A DNA stretch of 64,000 bases from Massalongia carnosa (Eukaryota): positions 744,001 through 808,000 of the forward strand of contig OZ287086.1 in assembly GCA_965645245.1 (NCBI GenBank), read 5' to 3'. The position numbers and the translations under genes were made by a program. The notes below the pieces were generated by a model. That model saw only the letters and a list, made by a program, of their open reading frames with translations. It searched no databases and had not been told where the DNA came from. Shown here piece after piece: positions 25,495 through 39,372 of this stretch; the stretch's first letter is position 1, and the number at the start of each line of letters is the position of its first letter.

Positions 25495-27480
25495 ATTCGA
25501 ATGCGAACAAATTCGATAATACTGACGATTTCAAGGCGATCAAATCTCGATGGTTGATAATCACACCGAAAACTCAAATCGGCGATATCGATTCACTTTT
25601 GCTTCGATAATAAATCAATTCGCTTTTTAAAGAGGCGAAATTGACTATCGTTGTTAACACGGTCGAAAAGTCCAAAACGGGTCAGAACATCGTTCTGACT
25701 ACTAGTCCTGATAACACTGCTGAAGATTTATTGAACAATAAATCAATATGGGAGCATTTATTCCACCCACGAACAGTTCGAAAGGACGAATCGTGGTTTA
25801 AAGTCGTCGCACACGGCGGTGTAAATACTGCAACATTTGATGAAAACATGCCATATTTGCAAGACGAAATTCAAAAGTTCAATTCGAACATGCAACTATG
25901 CGATGTTCCCAAATGGCTAGCACGTGATCGTCGTAACAAGATAAAATCATCCGTTGTTTTGACATTCAATTATCGAAATATGGACTTGAACTCGTTAAAA
26001 GGAGTCAATATCGCGGGCCGACATTGTGACACGGAAATATTTACCTCCGTTCGTCCAAACACACAATGCATTAATTGTCAAAAATTTGGACACAAGCATT
26101 ATCAAAGCAAAAGTCAAGCGAAATGCAGCATATATGCGCAAAACAATGAAACACGCAATCATGATTGCACAACATGCAAGTCAAAAATTGCTTGTGCACA
26201 CGTAGTCCTCAAATGCGCGAATTGCAACAAGAATCATCAATCCAATGATAAAAATTGTGAAATGGTTATATCGTTAAATGTGCGAAAATCGACTGACGAA
26301 TTAGCCGCTTTGTAATGGCAGAACAGCATTCGTTGACAAACATCGAAAATACACAAAATGTTAAATTTATTCAACATAATTGTGCAAAGTCAACTAATGC
26401 AATGATATCGTATTTGGAATATGCTTTATCAAATCAAATTGATATTGTTTTGTTTCAGGAACCATGGACACGAGATCAAAAAACAATATCACATCCGTCA
26501 TTTACATGTATTATGCCGAAAGTAGCGACTTATCGCTCGAGAGTAGCTATATTATTCACAAAAGGCAATCGTAAACTGCAATGCACGCCTAGTACGGATC
26601 TTATTGACGATTCCGATACGCAAATTATTGAAATTACAATTAATGAAGTTCGAAAAGTGCAGATTTTCAATATTTATAACGAAAAAAGTCACAGTGATCG
26701 AGAAACATACACGATCGATCGACTTTTAATACAATTACAACCTAAATCAACTGATCAATTCGTCATCTGCGGAGATTTCAATGCACATCATAACTGATGG
26801 GATTCGAAAATTCAACAATCAATTCGATCAGAAAATCTTGTCAAATGGTTGAAATTAAACAGGTGTAGTTTGATAAAAACACCTGACTTCTGTACATAAT
26901 ATGTCAATTCTGGAAGTTCTTCATCTGTTATTGATTTAACATTTGCAAATTCTAAAATCGAAAATGCAATTACAAATTGGTCAATCGATGAATACGCAGT
27001 CACAGGTTCAGATCATGAAGTCATCCGATATGAACTAATCGCATCTTTCAAGAAGTTGACGTCACATGCAACCGCATTATCGAATAAATATAATTGCAAT
27101 AAAGCCGATTGGAATAAATTCGCGAAGTTTCTAGACGAAAATTCAATCAACTACGAATCGAAAGTTCAAAGTTTATTGAATAATCATCAATTCGACGAAT
27201 CAGCGATACATTTGCAAAATATTATCAGAAACGCGTCTGAAATGTTTATTTTTTTTAATTTATTCATTAAGTGTATTCAACCTAAGGTTATGACACTAAA
27301 CTATTTTAGGATATGTTTCTATATTACAAATAAATCAACCCTTTATAACCCATCTATGTATCGTCAATTTTTCCCCATTTTTACTCCGTGTTAGTAACAA
27401 CCTATAGTAATCGAAAATTATCGATTTTACAATTTATCTTTGTAAGTTCGTAACTGTTTCAGCATAAATCGTTTCTGATT

Positions 27481-30400
27481 TTACTGTTCGATCTCTCCCC
27501 AACCTCCAGTTTCGAAAATATCGTCAACAAGCTGACCTAGTATCCATTTTCTAGTCGCGATTTTGTTATTGACAATGAATTTAATCAAAATGTCATTTCC
27601 GATTTTTGTATTAAACAACATATTCAAGTTGATCGTAGTATCGATAGTTTGTTTCATGTTTTGAATTTCATCGAAATAGTGAATGCAATTCAATAACAAG
27701 TGTTCTGGCGTTTGTCGTTGATTGCATCGATTTGAGCATTTTGACGAATTATAATCTTTCAATCGATGTAAATATGATCGAAAATAGCCGTGTCCGAATT
27801 TTAATTGCATAATAGTGGCAAATATCAATTTGGAACAGTTGTTTGATAAATAATAAAATCTCGATATGCCAGGTTTCATTTCGAATTTCTCGTAGTATTT
27901 GCCTTTTGATTTGCATTTTTGCCATTGATTCGTCCATGTGTTAGCATATTTTGATTTATTTGATCTTTTACATAATCAAATGTTATAGCCGAGGACTCGA
28001 CTAGGATTTGATTATGGCCCGTCTTTGCTATTTTGTCTGCAATTTCGTTTCCGGTAATATTCGAATGACTCGGAACCCATTGCAAAATCACCTGATAATT
28101 GCTTTCAAATAAGCGTTTTGCGAGCTTTCGAATTTGTCTTGCGAAAATATGATTTGTCGAGTTATGAATTTCGTTTATCGCGTTTATACTATCAGAAAAA
28201 ATCCAAATCGTTTTTTCCAAGTTTGATAAAATATTAGTATTAGACAATTTATAGACCCATTTCATTGCTTGTAAAATTGCATGCAGTTCAGCATTATTAA
28301 TGCTTGACTGTTTGCTTAATTTCCAGCTTTTCGAAATCGTATGATACTTGATCAGACAATCTTTTTCGATAAATCGATCAAAATTAATGATAATACTACT
28401 CCAATTCCTCATAATTGGCGCAAATGTGACTGCAGACGTTGCAAATTCGATTTTTGATCCATCCGTATAAAGTAAAACTCGGGATTTATCGGAGTTCATT
28501 GATTGAATTTTGGATAAGGTCGAATAATAACTTGATTTAGCAGATTCCTTTGTATTTTCGATTTGAAATTCGATTTTGCACGGCGATTTCCAAGGTTTAA
28601 TAAAATGATTTGATTGTTCAAACTCATCAGTTTTGTGAACTATGTCGGAAACGGAATTAAGAACGCGAATGAGCTGACTAGGATGTCGTTTATTTGTTTG
28701 TTTTTCGTCTTCGTTCTATTCGGCATATTTGTTGTTCCATAAACTAGTGTCAAAACCGATGTTTTCGAATTTTATCGAATATGTATTTGGAATTCTTTGA
28801 CAAATAGGGTTATTTTCGGCAATCTTCAATAATCGAATTGCGTATTTTTGATTTTTCATTAATAATCGAAGTTTAACTGGTAAAACATGTGATTCAATTT
28901 CCATCGCCTGAATAGGTGTGGTTTTGAAAGTTCCTAAAATCTTTCGAATCATTCGATTTTGTAGGTTCTGAAATAGTTTTTCATATTTCTTTTGACCATT
29001 ATACCAAATTTCTGAGCGATAGTCCGAAATAGGAATAATGCATGACAAATAGAGCTGTCTGCATGCGGTCGGTTTTAGACCCCATTCGGATTTCATCAAA
29101 TTCTGAATTGCAAAAAACGATCGATTCGCAGAAGAGATTCGCGTTTCGACGTGTTTTTTGAAATTCAGTTTCCGGTCTAACCAGACGCCCAACCATTTGA
29201 CTACATTTTTCGGTTCTAGTACTGTCCCGTTTGGTAATTCCAATGTGTCTTTCGATACATTTCTTGTCTTTTCGAAGTGAATCAGCTCGGATTTATCGTC
29301 ATCAAATTTGACATTATTCGATGCGGCCCAATCAAAAGCTGTTTTGACTATGATTTCGATTTCTTTGCAATTTTGTTTTGCAGTTTTATTTTCGACATAT
29401 ATTGCAACATCGTCAATAAAACTGGGAGAATGTGCATTAAATTTCATTCGTATTTTCGGAAACAAGTGACGAATGTAAATCAGAAATAGAATAGGCGAGA
29501 TTGGTGAACCTTGTGGAATTCCTGATTCGACATAATATGTTTTGCTTTTGTTTTCATCGAATATCAAATTTATCGATCGTTTTGTCATGAAATGCTTGAC
29601 CAATTGAATTATTATTCAAGATAATTTCAGCTTTTTCATGACATTTAGCAGTTGATTAATCGAGACAAAGTCAAATGCGCCTTTGACATCGAGTAATAAA
29701 CAGGATAAAACGCTTTTATTTCGATTCGCAATTTCGATATCATGAACGACGTTCATTACTGCGTCAATTGCAGAATGATTTTTGCGTCCGCCCATCTGTT
29801 CGATATCTAATAAATTCGAATTTTCGCCGAAGTAGGCTAGTCGATTTGCAACGATTTTCTCAGCAATTTTACCAAGACAATTTAGTAATGTGATAATTCG
29901 ATATGATTTTGGTAGCGAATAGTCTGATTTATTAGGTTTTTTCAGAACTGCACCGAGTCCTGTCCGCCAGCATAACGGGTGATAACCGATTCGAATGAAT
30001 TTCGAATAAATCATGAAAAACACGTTTTTCAACGATTGAAACGATTTTTGAACAATTGTAAAATTGATTGCATCAGGTCCACATGCTTTCTTCGGATTAA
30101 ATAAATTAATCGCATTTTGCAGCTCGTTTTCGGTCAAATCTGGCCAATTATCATCATTTTCGCTCTCTTGATTTGGTAAATCTTCGACATTATCGTCTAT
30201 AAATGGGTTTTTTGTGTACATTGCTGACACAAACGCATCGCATTTGTCATCAAACTGAACATTAAGCTTATTTTCATGTAGAATCGGCGGTATTTTTTCG
30301 AATATGCGAGGTTTAGTATATTTATACGCGGTAAACACGTCTTTATTCGCTGCATTTTCTAGAAAAGTCAACCAGGTTTGTTGTTTTGCTTTTCGAATTG

Positions 30401-31490
30401 CATGAAAATACTCAATTCGACTATGTTTAAACGTCCGATGACTAAAATCGGACGGATAATTCTTCCATTCTCGAAGATGCCTGCACATGATTTTTCGAAG
30501 TTCGGTTAAATCTTGCGACCACCAATTTTTCGATTTTGCACATATTTTTATTTTCGGAATAAACATTTCAGGCGCGTTTTTGATAATTTTTTGCAAATGT
30601 ATCGCTGATTCGTCTAATTGATGATTATTCAATAAACTTTGAACTTTTGATTCGTAGTTGATTGAATTTTCGTCTAGAAACTTCGCGAATTTATTCCAAT
30701 CGGCTTTATTACAATTGTATTTATTCGATAATGCGGTTGCATGTGACGTCAAATTCTTGAAAGATGCGATTAGTTCAAATCGGATAACTTCATGATCTGA
30801 ACCTGTGACTGCGTTTTCATCGATTGCCCAGTTTGTAATTGCATTTTCGATTTTGGAATTTGCAAATGTTAAATCAATAACAGATGATGAACTTCCAGAA
30901 TGGGCGTAGAATGTGCATAAATCAGGTGTGTTTATCAAACTACATTTGTTTATTTTCAACCATTTGACTTTTTCTGATCGAATTGCGTGTTGAATTTTCG
31001 AATTCCACCAGTTATGATGTGCATTGAAATCTCCACATATGATAAATTGATTAGTTGATGTAGGTTGATATTTGATTAAAAGTCGATCGATCGTGTATGT
31101 TTCTCGATCATTTTGACTTGTTTCGTTATAAATATTGAAAATCTGCACTTTTTGAATTTCATCAATTGTAATTTCAATAATTTGCATATCGAAATCGTCA
31201 ATCAGATCCGTTCTAGGCGTGCATTGCAGTTTGGGATTGCATTTTGTGACAAATATAGCTACTCTCGAGCGATAAGTCTCCGTTTTCGGCATAATGCATG
31301 TAAATGACGGATGTGATATTGTTTTTTGCTCTCGTGTCCATGGTTCCTGAAACAAAACAATATCAATTTGATTTGATAAAGCATATTCCAAACACGAATT
31401 CATTGCATTCGTTGACCTTCCACAGTTGTGTTGAATAAATTTGACATTGTGAGTATTTTCTATATTTGCTAACGAATGCTGTCCTGCCAT
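27481..31490 (-). pseudogene. B5 ORF2 (APE-RT-RNase H)
   Basis: ORF pieces 29616-31490, 28716-29603, 27876-28499 and 27481-27879 are collinear with B7 ORF2. Confidence 0.92.
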
Positions 31491-32987
31491 TATAAGGCGG
31501 ATAATTCGTCAGCCGATTTTCGTGGATTTAATGCAGTAAACATTTCACAATGTTCATCATTTGATTGATGATTTTTATTGCAGTTTGCACATTTCACAAC
31601 AACGTGTGCATACGCAGTTTTCGATTTGCATGTTATGCATTCATGATTACGTGTTTCATGATTTTGTGCACAAATATTGCATTTTGATTTGTTTCGACAC
31701 TGATAATGCTTGTGTCCGAATTTTTGACAATTAATACATTGTGTATTCGGACGAACGGAAGTAAATATTTCCGTGTCACAGTGTTTTCCCGCGATATTTA
31801 CGCCTTTTAACGCGTTTAAGGCCTGATTTCGATCGTTAAAAGTCAGAACGACCGAAGAATTGACTTTGTTTTCGCGATCTCGCGCTAGCCATCTGGGTAA
31901 ATCGCACAATTCCATGTTAAGGTTGAATTTCTGGATTTCATTTTGCAAAAATTGCATATTTTGATCAAACGTTGCAATATTTACTCCATGTGCGATCACT
32001 TTAAACCAGGATTCGTCTTTTCAAATTCTTTGTGCATCGAACATATGTTCCCATATAGATTTGTTTTCCAACAATTCTGCAGCAGTGTTTTTCGAACTAG
32101 TAGTGAGAACGATATTCTGACCGGTTTTCGATTTTTCGACCGTGTTGATTACGATATCTAACTTCGCGTTGCTGAATTGCGCGTTGATTTGATCTCGAAG
32201 TTTCAATGAGTCGATATCGCCGATTTGAATTTTTGGTGTAATTATCAGTCGTCTGAGTTTGATTGCATTTAATTCGTCGGTTTTGTCGAGTTTGTTCGAG
32301 GTTTGACTCGAATTTTTCGATCTGGAAACAGTGGTCCAATTTTCGGACTTCGCAGTTGCTTTTCCAAGCATTTGACTCCAGGATGGAGGCGTGTTATTGA
32401 CCTTTGTACTCGTAACCCCGGCGGTTTCCTTTCGTGCGTTCGTGTTGACGACTTTATTTGGATTTTCAGTCATATTGACTTGTTGAACCCGAATCGATTT
32501 TCGCGTTGTTTCTTAGGTTCGATTACTAGTCTGATCAATTACCTTGTCCAATTTCCAATTCATCATGTCTAGTGTTGTTTTGATATTAATTGATTTTTTT
32601 GTCAATAAGGAATTGACATTATCAATGACTATTGCTGTTTCTGGATTTTGATCTAAGACAAATGACTTCAATAACGCGGTTTTAGCCGTTTTGAGTAATC
32701 CAATCGATTGTGCTCGATTGATTGCTTCTTGGCTTTCCTCTACTCGTTCGTCGAATGTTTTTCGTTTGTTACGTTTGATGGGCGGGCTTAATTCTATATT
32801 AGAATTTAACGATGGCATGGGTAGATTGGTAGTAAATTGTCCAGATGGGAATTTGGTTGCTTTTGGGGTCGGCGTAGTCGGGGCGGACGAATATTCATGT
32901 GATTGATCCATAGGCTCGTCAAGTACAGGCGATTTTTCTATAAGTCCTACTGACGAGAGCCCCGGAGATTCCATTTGGGGAGGGTTT

Positions 32988-33221
32988 TGTCAGGGTCCTA
33001 TCCTGACATAGAGATAGAAGGTTGACCTTAGAGGTGTTCGAGGTAATCGGTTAGGCTTAGCGCCAGCCGAGATAGAAAGAGGGATCACGGGATCGCGCGA
33101 GGCTAGCGCGACACTCGACGCAGATATTTCTAGCGAGTCGCGCACAATAATTCTTTTCTTTCTTTGTAGATAAATTTTAGTTTAATAGCGGTTGAAAAGA
33201 ATCGACGACAGCTACCTTACA
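32988..33221 (+). repeat. 5' LTR
   Basis: Matches 39139-39372 with two substitutions seen. Confidence 0.96.
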
Positions 33222-33222
33222 C

Positions 33223-33233
33223 AATTTATCTAC
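33223..33233 (+). promoter_or_regulatory. Self-priming PBS
   Basis: AATTTATCTAC is the exact reverse complement of LTR bases GTAGATAAATT (33166-33176). Confidence 0.8.
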
Positions 33234-33434
33234 CTACCTATCAGTATTCTTTCTTCCAGAACTTCCAGTAGGGACGAGGTCCCGTTCCAGCAACTTCCTT
33301 CCAGTTAGGGTGAAGACCCGTTCCAGTAACCTTCCAGACTGATCGTTTGTGCGAATCCAAACCGATCCAAATTCCAGAACTTCCAGAATTTTCAGAGCCA
33401 GGGAATCAAGCTTTCCCACTTCCAGTATCCAGTC

Positions 33435-35079
33435 ATGAGCTCAAAAACGCCCATGACAGCAAGAAAAGTCGGAGCCCCTCCCACGGAGGCTCAGACTGGT
33501 CCAGCATTTAACACCCGCGCTCGTTCCGCCTCCCGCCATTCGTGTCGTTCGGATAGCAGTATGCCAGGAACGTTCGAAGACTCCGAGCTACTGCAGAACG
33601 AGCAAATGAGAGAAACCACGGAGGGGACGTGGGAAAAAACCTCAAGAGCAGGGCGCGGAAAAGAAAAGGAAATTTTCCAAACAATAGACGTCTCCAACCA
33701 CCCATACTACGAACAGGATGCAGCGGAGCATCCGTCTCTCGTCGTGGCACACAACTTGAAAGAATTGCAGAGCATCTTGCGAGATGAGAAAGAAGGACCC
33801 CGATGGTACGATTTTCTCGCGAGAGCGCTCGAATACGATAAGACCCTATTCGAAAAATACATCTCTATGCAGAACGATCAGGAGAAGCTTGCCGAAGCAA
33901 AAAAGATCAACAGACGTTACAAGCAAGTAAATGAACGTCTCATCGCAGAAAAGGATGATGCCGAACGAGAGGCCCTTCTCGCGCAAGAAGAACTCTCATA
34001 GAGATATCGAATTGGAGACAACGACTCTAGCAAAAGAGAGATTACAGAAAGACAGAGACTCCTTGATCCGCCAGTTTGCGGAAACACAGGAAACACCACG
34101 TCAGCAACGGGAAGACACCGTTGCTACCTCAAGCACTAACTACAATCCTCAGAATTGGCGACCTCGTGGTATAAACCCTAGCAAGCCACTAAAAGGTGAA
34201 GACTCGGAGGAGTATAGCCCTTGGGCGTACTCCGTCCGCAACAAACTGAAGACAGACGCACCCCTCTACGCCGACGAGAGTGAAAAAGTCGGTTACGCGC
34301 TGTCTCAAATGGAAGCGCCGATCTTCGGGGCTATGCATTCTTGGGTAGCGGATATGGGAGACTCACTATCGGCCGATGCTTTGTTCGAAGAGATAGAACA
34401 CTACATGGGCATCCACCTCCAGAGCCGCGACGCCAAGAAAGAACTCCTCACCGTCACCATGAAAGGGGGCGAAAGCGTCAGCGAGTATTACCACCGAATC
34501 TTCAAGCTATGGCAGAAAGCCAAAACTCCCGTTGACGAGCGAATTGAAAAGTTCCTCGTGACGTTAAAGCCTAGCATCTCCAGCTCTCTTATGGGTTCCG
34601 TCTTTACCGATTTCCGCCCTCTACTTGACGAAGCACGAAGAATCGAAGACCGCCGCAAAGATGTGGCACATCACTTTCCCCGCCCCGATAAACCAGCTGC
34701 AACGAAGAACTCCGGCCAACGAAGCAACTTCTCCGGTGGACAGTCCTCAAACCAATCCTCCGGTGGAAAGTCCGTCTCAGCCTCCACCAACCAGATCAAC
34801 TCCAGAAAATCGGACGATCGGCCAAACGCGAAGCTGACGCCAACAATAGTCAAGCCGGCCGGTTGGGTAGGCACGTGGTACGATCCAGACCCGAACCCAA
34901 AGAAGCTGAAGGATGACGATCGTGAGTCCCTCTCCCGCCAACGCCGATGCTGGGCATGTAGGGGATCGGGACATCGAGGACACGATACCATCTGTCCTCA
35001 ATACAAGGACAAGAATCTGAGCACCATGGGAACTGTAGAAACAGATTCAGGAACCGAATCTGATGCGGGAAAAGTCTAG
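33435..35079 (+). pseudogene. Gypsy gag (one frameshift near 33995)
   Basis: Coiled coil, retrotransposon-gag core (GESVSEYYHRI) and CWACRGSGHRGHDTIC knuckle. Confidence 0.88.
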
Positions 35080-35147
35080 TCCTTGATCAAAATCGCGATT
35101 AAGGGCGTACAAATAAGGAGGTTGTTAGTGAGAACAGTGACACTGAA

Positions 35148-38100
35148 ATGAAGATGATTAGGGTCTCTACTTGTGCTGTCCGCGATACTGAAAAGAAAAT
35201 CGAGGGCAAGCATTTAGTTTTTAAAACTAGCATAGCTGGAATTAAAACCCGTTTACTGATCGATAATGGAAGTGAAGCTGAACTCATTGACGAATCCTTT
35301 GTGCGTAAACACAAATTGAACACCTTCAAACTGGATAAGAAGGTGAAACTTACTTTGGGAAATGGAGAGGTAGTACAGCTCCTCTCGAAGACCGCCTTGA
35401 TCGACGTGAAAATTGGAGATCACGAAGAGCAAGTCTTATGTTATTTAGCAAAACTAGAAGCGTACGCAGTCATTCTAGGGGATGGATGGCTGCAAACGCA
35501 CAACCCAATGATCAATTGGAAAGAGAGAACGATGAAGTTCAACTCATCTGATTGCCTCGAAAAGGGATGTCTTACACGAGGGATAAGTTGCACCGAATTC
35601 GCTGTGGGAGGCAGGGTTAAGAATAGGACCGAGCCTAAAGAAGATATCGAAGTTCTCCCAGTCAACGCAAAACACTTCTTTCGAATGGTCAGAATGAAGG
35701 ATCACGAGGGTTACCTATGGGTTCCTCGAGAAACAAAGAAGGCCTTATGCGCAACTATCACCGGAGCAGTGACATCGGGAGATTACGACAAGTTCATGAA
35801 GGGAAAACCGGAATACACCCGAGAGGAGTTGTTGAAGAGAGTCCCAGCAGCTTATCACAGCGTAATAGATGTCTTCATGAAGCACAAGGCAGACGAACTG
35901 CCCGAACATCGAAAGGAGGATCACCAGATAATCCTCGAAGCAGGAAAAGAGGCTCCGTACGTGAGGAACTACAAGCCCATGTCAGAACAAGAACTGGAAG
36001 CAGTTAAAAAATACATCGATGAACATCTGGAAAAAGGTTTCATCCGTCCTAGCTCTTCAAGCGCAGCAGCCCCCGTTCTTCTAGTTAGGAAACCAGGGGG
36101 TGGCCTAAGATTCTGCGTAGATTATAGAGCCTTGAACTCCATCACCATCAAGAACAGGTATCCAATACCGTTGATAAATGAGACATTGGGAAAACTGTCG
36201 CAAGCCAAGAAGTTCACGAAACTGGATGTGATTAGCGCGTTCAATCGTATGAGAATGAAAGAAGGCCATGAGTGGCTCACAGCTTTCAATACCAGATATG
36301 GTCAGTTCGAATATCTGGTGATGCCATTCGGTCTCTGCAACGCTCCAGGGACTTTTCAAAGCTTCATCAACGACACAGTCAGAGAATATTTAGACGTTTT
36401 CTGCACGGCGTATTTAGACGATGTCTTGATTTACAGCGAAAACGAAGAAGAGCATTCCGAACAAGTGTTAATAGTCCTAACTCGATTGAAAGAGAAAGGA
36501 CTACAAGTGGATATAGACAAATGCGAATTCTCCGTAACGAAGGTAAAGTATCTTGGACTGATAGTCACCACCGAGGGGATAAAAATGGACCCGGAGAAAA
36601 TCGAGGCGATTCTAAAATGGGAGACCCCAGGATCCGTCAAAGACGTGCAAGCATTCTTAGGCTTTGCGAATTTTTATCGACGATTTATATCGAGGTTTTC
36701 GCAACGAACGAGACCATTAACAGAGTTAACGAAGGGTGAACAAATAACAACTAAATCAGGAAAGAAACGAACCAAGTATAACTCGTTCGTTTGGTCCGAA
36801 GATTGTCAGAAAGCCTTCGAAGATTTAAAGAATGCATTCACCACCGCTCCCGTTTTAGCACATTACGACCCGGCCCTGGAAACGTGGGTCGAGACTGACT
36901 CTTCAGATTTCGTTAGCGCCGGAGTACTCTCTCAAATGCACGACGGAGTACTGAAACCAGTGGCTTATTTCTCCAAAAAGATGACCCCTGCCGAGTGTAA
37001 CTATATGATTTACGATAAGGAGCTCCTCGCAATTGTAAAGAGCTTCGAAGTCTGGCGTCCCGAAGTTGCAAGTGCTGCTCCTGACAAACCCGTTAAAGTA
37101 TACACCGATCACAAGAATTTGGAGCATTTTATGACGACAAAGCAGCTAAACAGAAGACAAGCCAGATGGGCTGAATTTCTTTCCGAGTTTAATTTCAAGA
37201 TAATGTATCGACCGGGGAAGCAAGGAGAAAAACCGGACACGCTGACCCGACGCTCTCAAGATCTCCCGAAGGGATTCGAAGATATCAGAGAGCAACATCA
37301 ATTTCAAACGTTGTTGCAGGAGCATCAACTAGATGACGATATACGAAAAGCGTTAGCGGTCGTGTTCTGCGCAAACACGATAGACGACGATAACGATAAC
37401 GATCAAGATGATCGAAGCGTAGCCACTGAGGAAGACGCAACAGAATCAGAGGAACCTAACGCAGAACATACACCAGTGACCGACGTGACCGAGAGCTCGA
37501 TAACGAAGACCTTGGAAGAACTAATAGAAGAGGCTTACGAAAAGGACGAAACGGTTCAAGACATAATAGCAGCAAAGAAGAAGGAACTGAGAAAACTCCA
37601 CTGAACCTCATAAAAAGAGGGATAAAGCTAGCCATGGGGGACCTCAAATTAGAAAACGACAAGCTGTATGTCAAAGGAAGATTATACGTACCAGATCACG
37701 AGTCATTGCAATTGCATTTACTGCAAAAGCATCACGAACCACCATTACAGGGCCATCCGGGATACAAAAGTATGTATCAAATAATGAGAGAAAATTACTT
37801 CTGGTTCGACATGAAGGAGCACTGCAAGAGATACGCCGTGAACTGCTTAGTATGTCGTAGATCAAAAGCATACAACGACAAGAAGCAGGGACTGTTGAAT
37901 CCTCTCCCCATCCCGAATAGAAAATGGATGGACGTATCATTGGACTTCGTTGAATTTCTTCCAGAATGCCGAAGACGGAACAGAGTCTATCAGCACATAT
38001 TGGTGATAGTAGATCGTTTAACGAAAAGACGATTATACGAACCACTAACATCTCTCTCTACTGACGAACTGATGGACGCGATGTCCAGAAGATTATTCTC

Positions 38101-39079
38101 CTCTTACGGATTCCCTATATCAACAGTCAACGATCGCGGTAGTCAACTAACCGCTCACTTATGGAAAAGAGTTTGCGAAAGATACGGGGTGAGAATAAAA
38201 TTCTCTTCCGCACATCACCCCGAAACAGACGGTCAAACCGAGAACGCCAACAAGGTGATGAAGAACTACCTCCGAGCGTACGTCAGTTACACACAAGACA
38301 ACTGGGTGGATTATCTCTCGGACGCAGAGTTTGCCGCCAACAATCATGTAAATGTATCTACGGGAATGACCCCATTCTTCGCAGATCATGGCTTTAATCC
38401 GCGCTGTGGCATCGAACCACCAGGCACATATGAAGGAAAAGGAAGAGCGGAGATACTGCACGCTGACAAGATCATAGAACGACAGGAAGCCATGCGAACC
38501 TGGCTTCGAGATCAATTAGCCTGGGCTCAGGAAGAACAAATAAGGCATGCAAACAAAGGCCGCCAACCTCATCCCGAATACAAGGTCGGGGACATGGTTT
38601 ATGTTAACGCCAAACATTTCGCTTTCGAAAGACCCAGCAGATCGTTAAGTTTCAAGAACGCAGGCCCGTGGAAGATAATAAGAATTATCGACAATAAAGC
38701 CTACGAACTAGAGATCCCGGATCAGTTAAAGAACGTTGATCTTACTTCCATCTTTCATCCATGGAAGCTACATCTAGCACCTTCCAATCTATTCCCAGGT
38801 CAAGTCTTACCGCCCGGACCGCCCATAGCCATTGTCGAGAACGACGAAGAGGAGGCTCACGAAGAGTGGGAAGTCCTTGAAAAAGTAGACTGCCGCGAAA
38901 CAAGGAAATTCGGAGTGCAGTACAAAGCAACTTTCGTCGGCAACTAGGACGAATGGAATGCGAACCCTTACTGGCAATCATGGACCGACTTCAAGAACTC
39001 CAAGGATAAAATCCTTCAATATGATCGCGAACACCCACATAAGCCGAAACCACCAGAAGACCTGACAGAAACAGGCTAG
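35148..39079 (+). pseudogene. Gypsy pol: protease, RT, RNase H, integrase, chromodomain
   Basis: LIDNGS, YLDD, ETDSS/DKELLAI/YTDHKNL, HHCC + DDE integrase, EWEVLEKVD chromodomain. Frameshift near 37600 and TAG at 38945. Confidence 0.95.
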
Positions 39080-39138
39080 CTGACAGGGCGCCTGCCACTT
39101 AGCGCTTCGGAGACCTCGCCCATAGAAGGGGGGGATAG

Positions 39139-39372
39139 TGTCAGGGTCCTAGCCTGACATAGAGATAGAAGGTTGACCTTAGAGGTGTTCGAGGTAACCG
39201 GTTAGGCTTAGCGCCAGCCGAGATAGAAAGAGGGATCACGGGATCGCGCGAGGCTAGCGCGACACTCGACGCAGATATTTCTAGCGAGTCGCGCACAATA
39301 ATTCTTTTCTTTCTTTGTAGATAAATTTTAGTTTAATAGCGGTTGAAAAGAATCGACGACAGCTACCTTACA
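39139..39372 (+). repeat. 3' LTR
   Basis: Direct repeat of 32988-33221, preceded by the PPT. Confidence 0.96.

Larger units (their letters stand above)
32988..39372 (+). mobile_element. Ty3/Gypsy chromovirus (Tf1/sushi-like) LTR retrotransposon
   Basis: 234-bp TG..CA LTRs, 5-bp TSD GGTTT (32983-32987, 39373-39377), PPT AGAAGGGGGGGA at 39124-39135, gene order gag-PR-RT-RH-IN-chromo. Confidence 0.97.

Noticed and set aside
25236..26315. Twin-priming 5' inversion at the head-to-head B2/B4 junction
   Set aside because: The arms overlap by more than 1 kb and come from different subfamilies.
29277..29489. Recurring antisense or off-frame ORFs (MNQLGFIV..., MVGRLVRP..., MDESMA...)
   Set aside because: Shadow frames of the repeated LINE ORF2.
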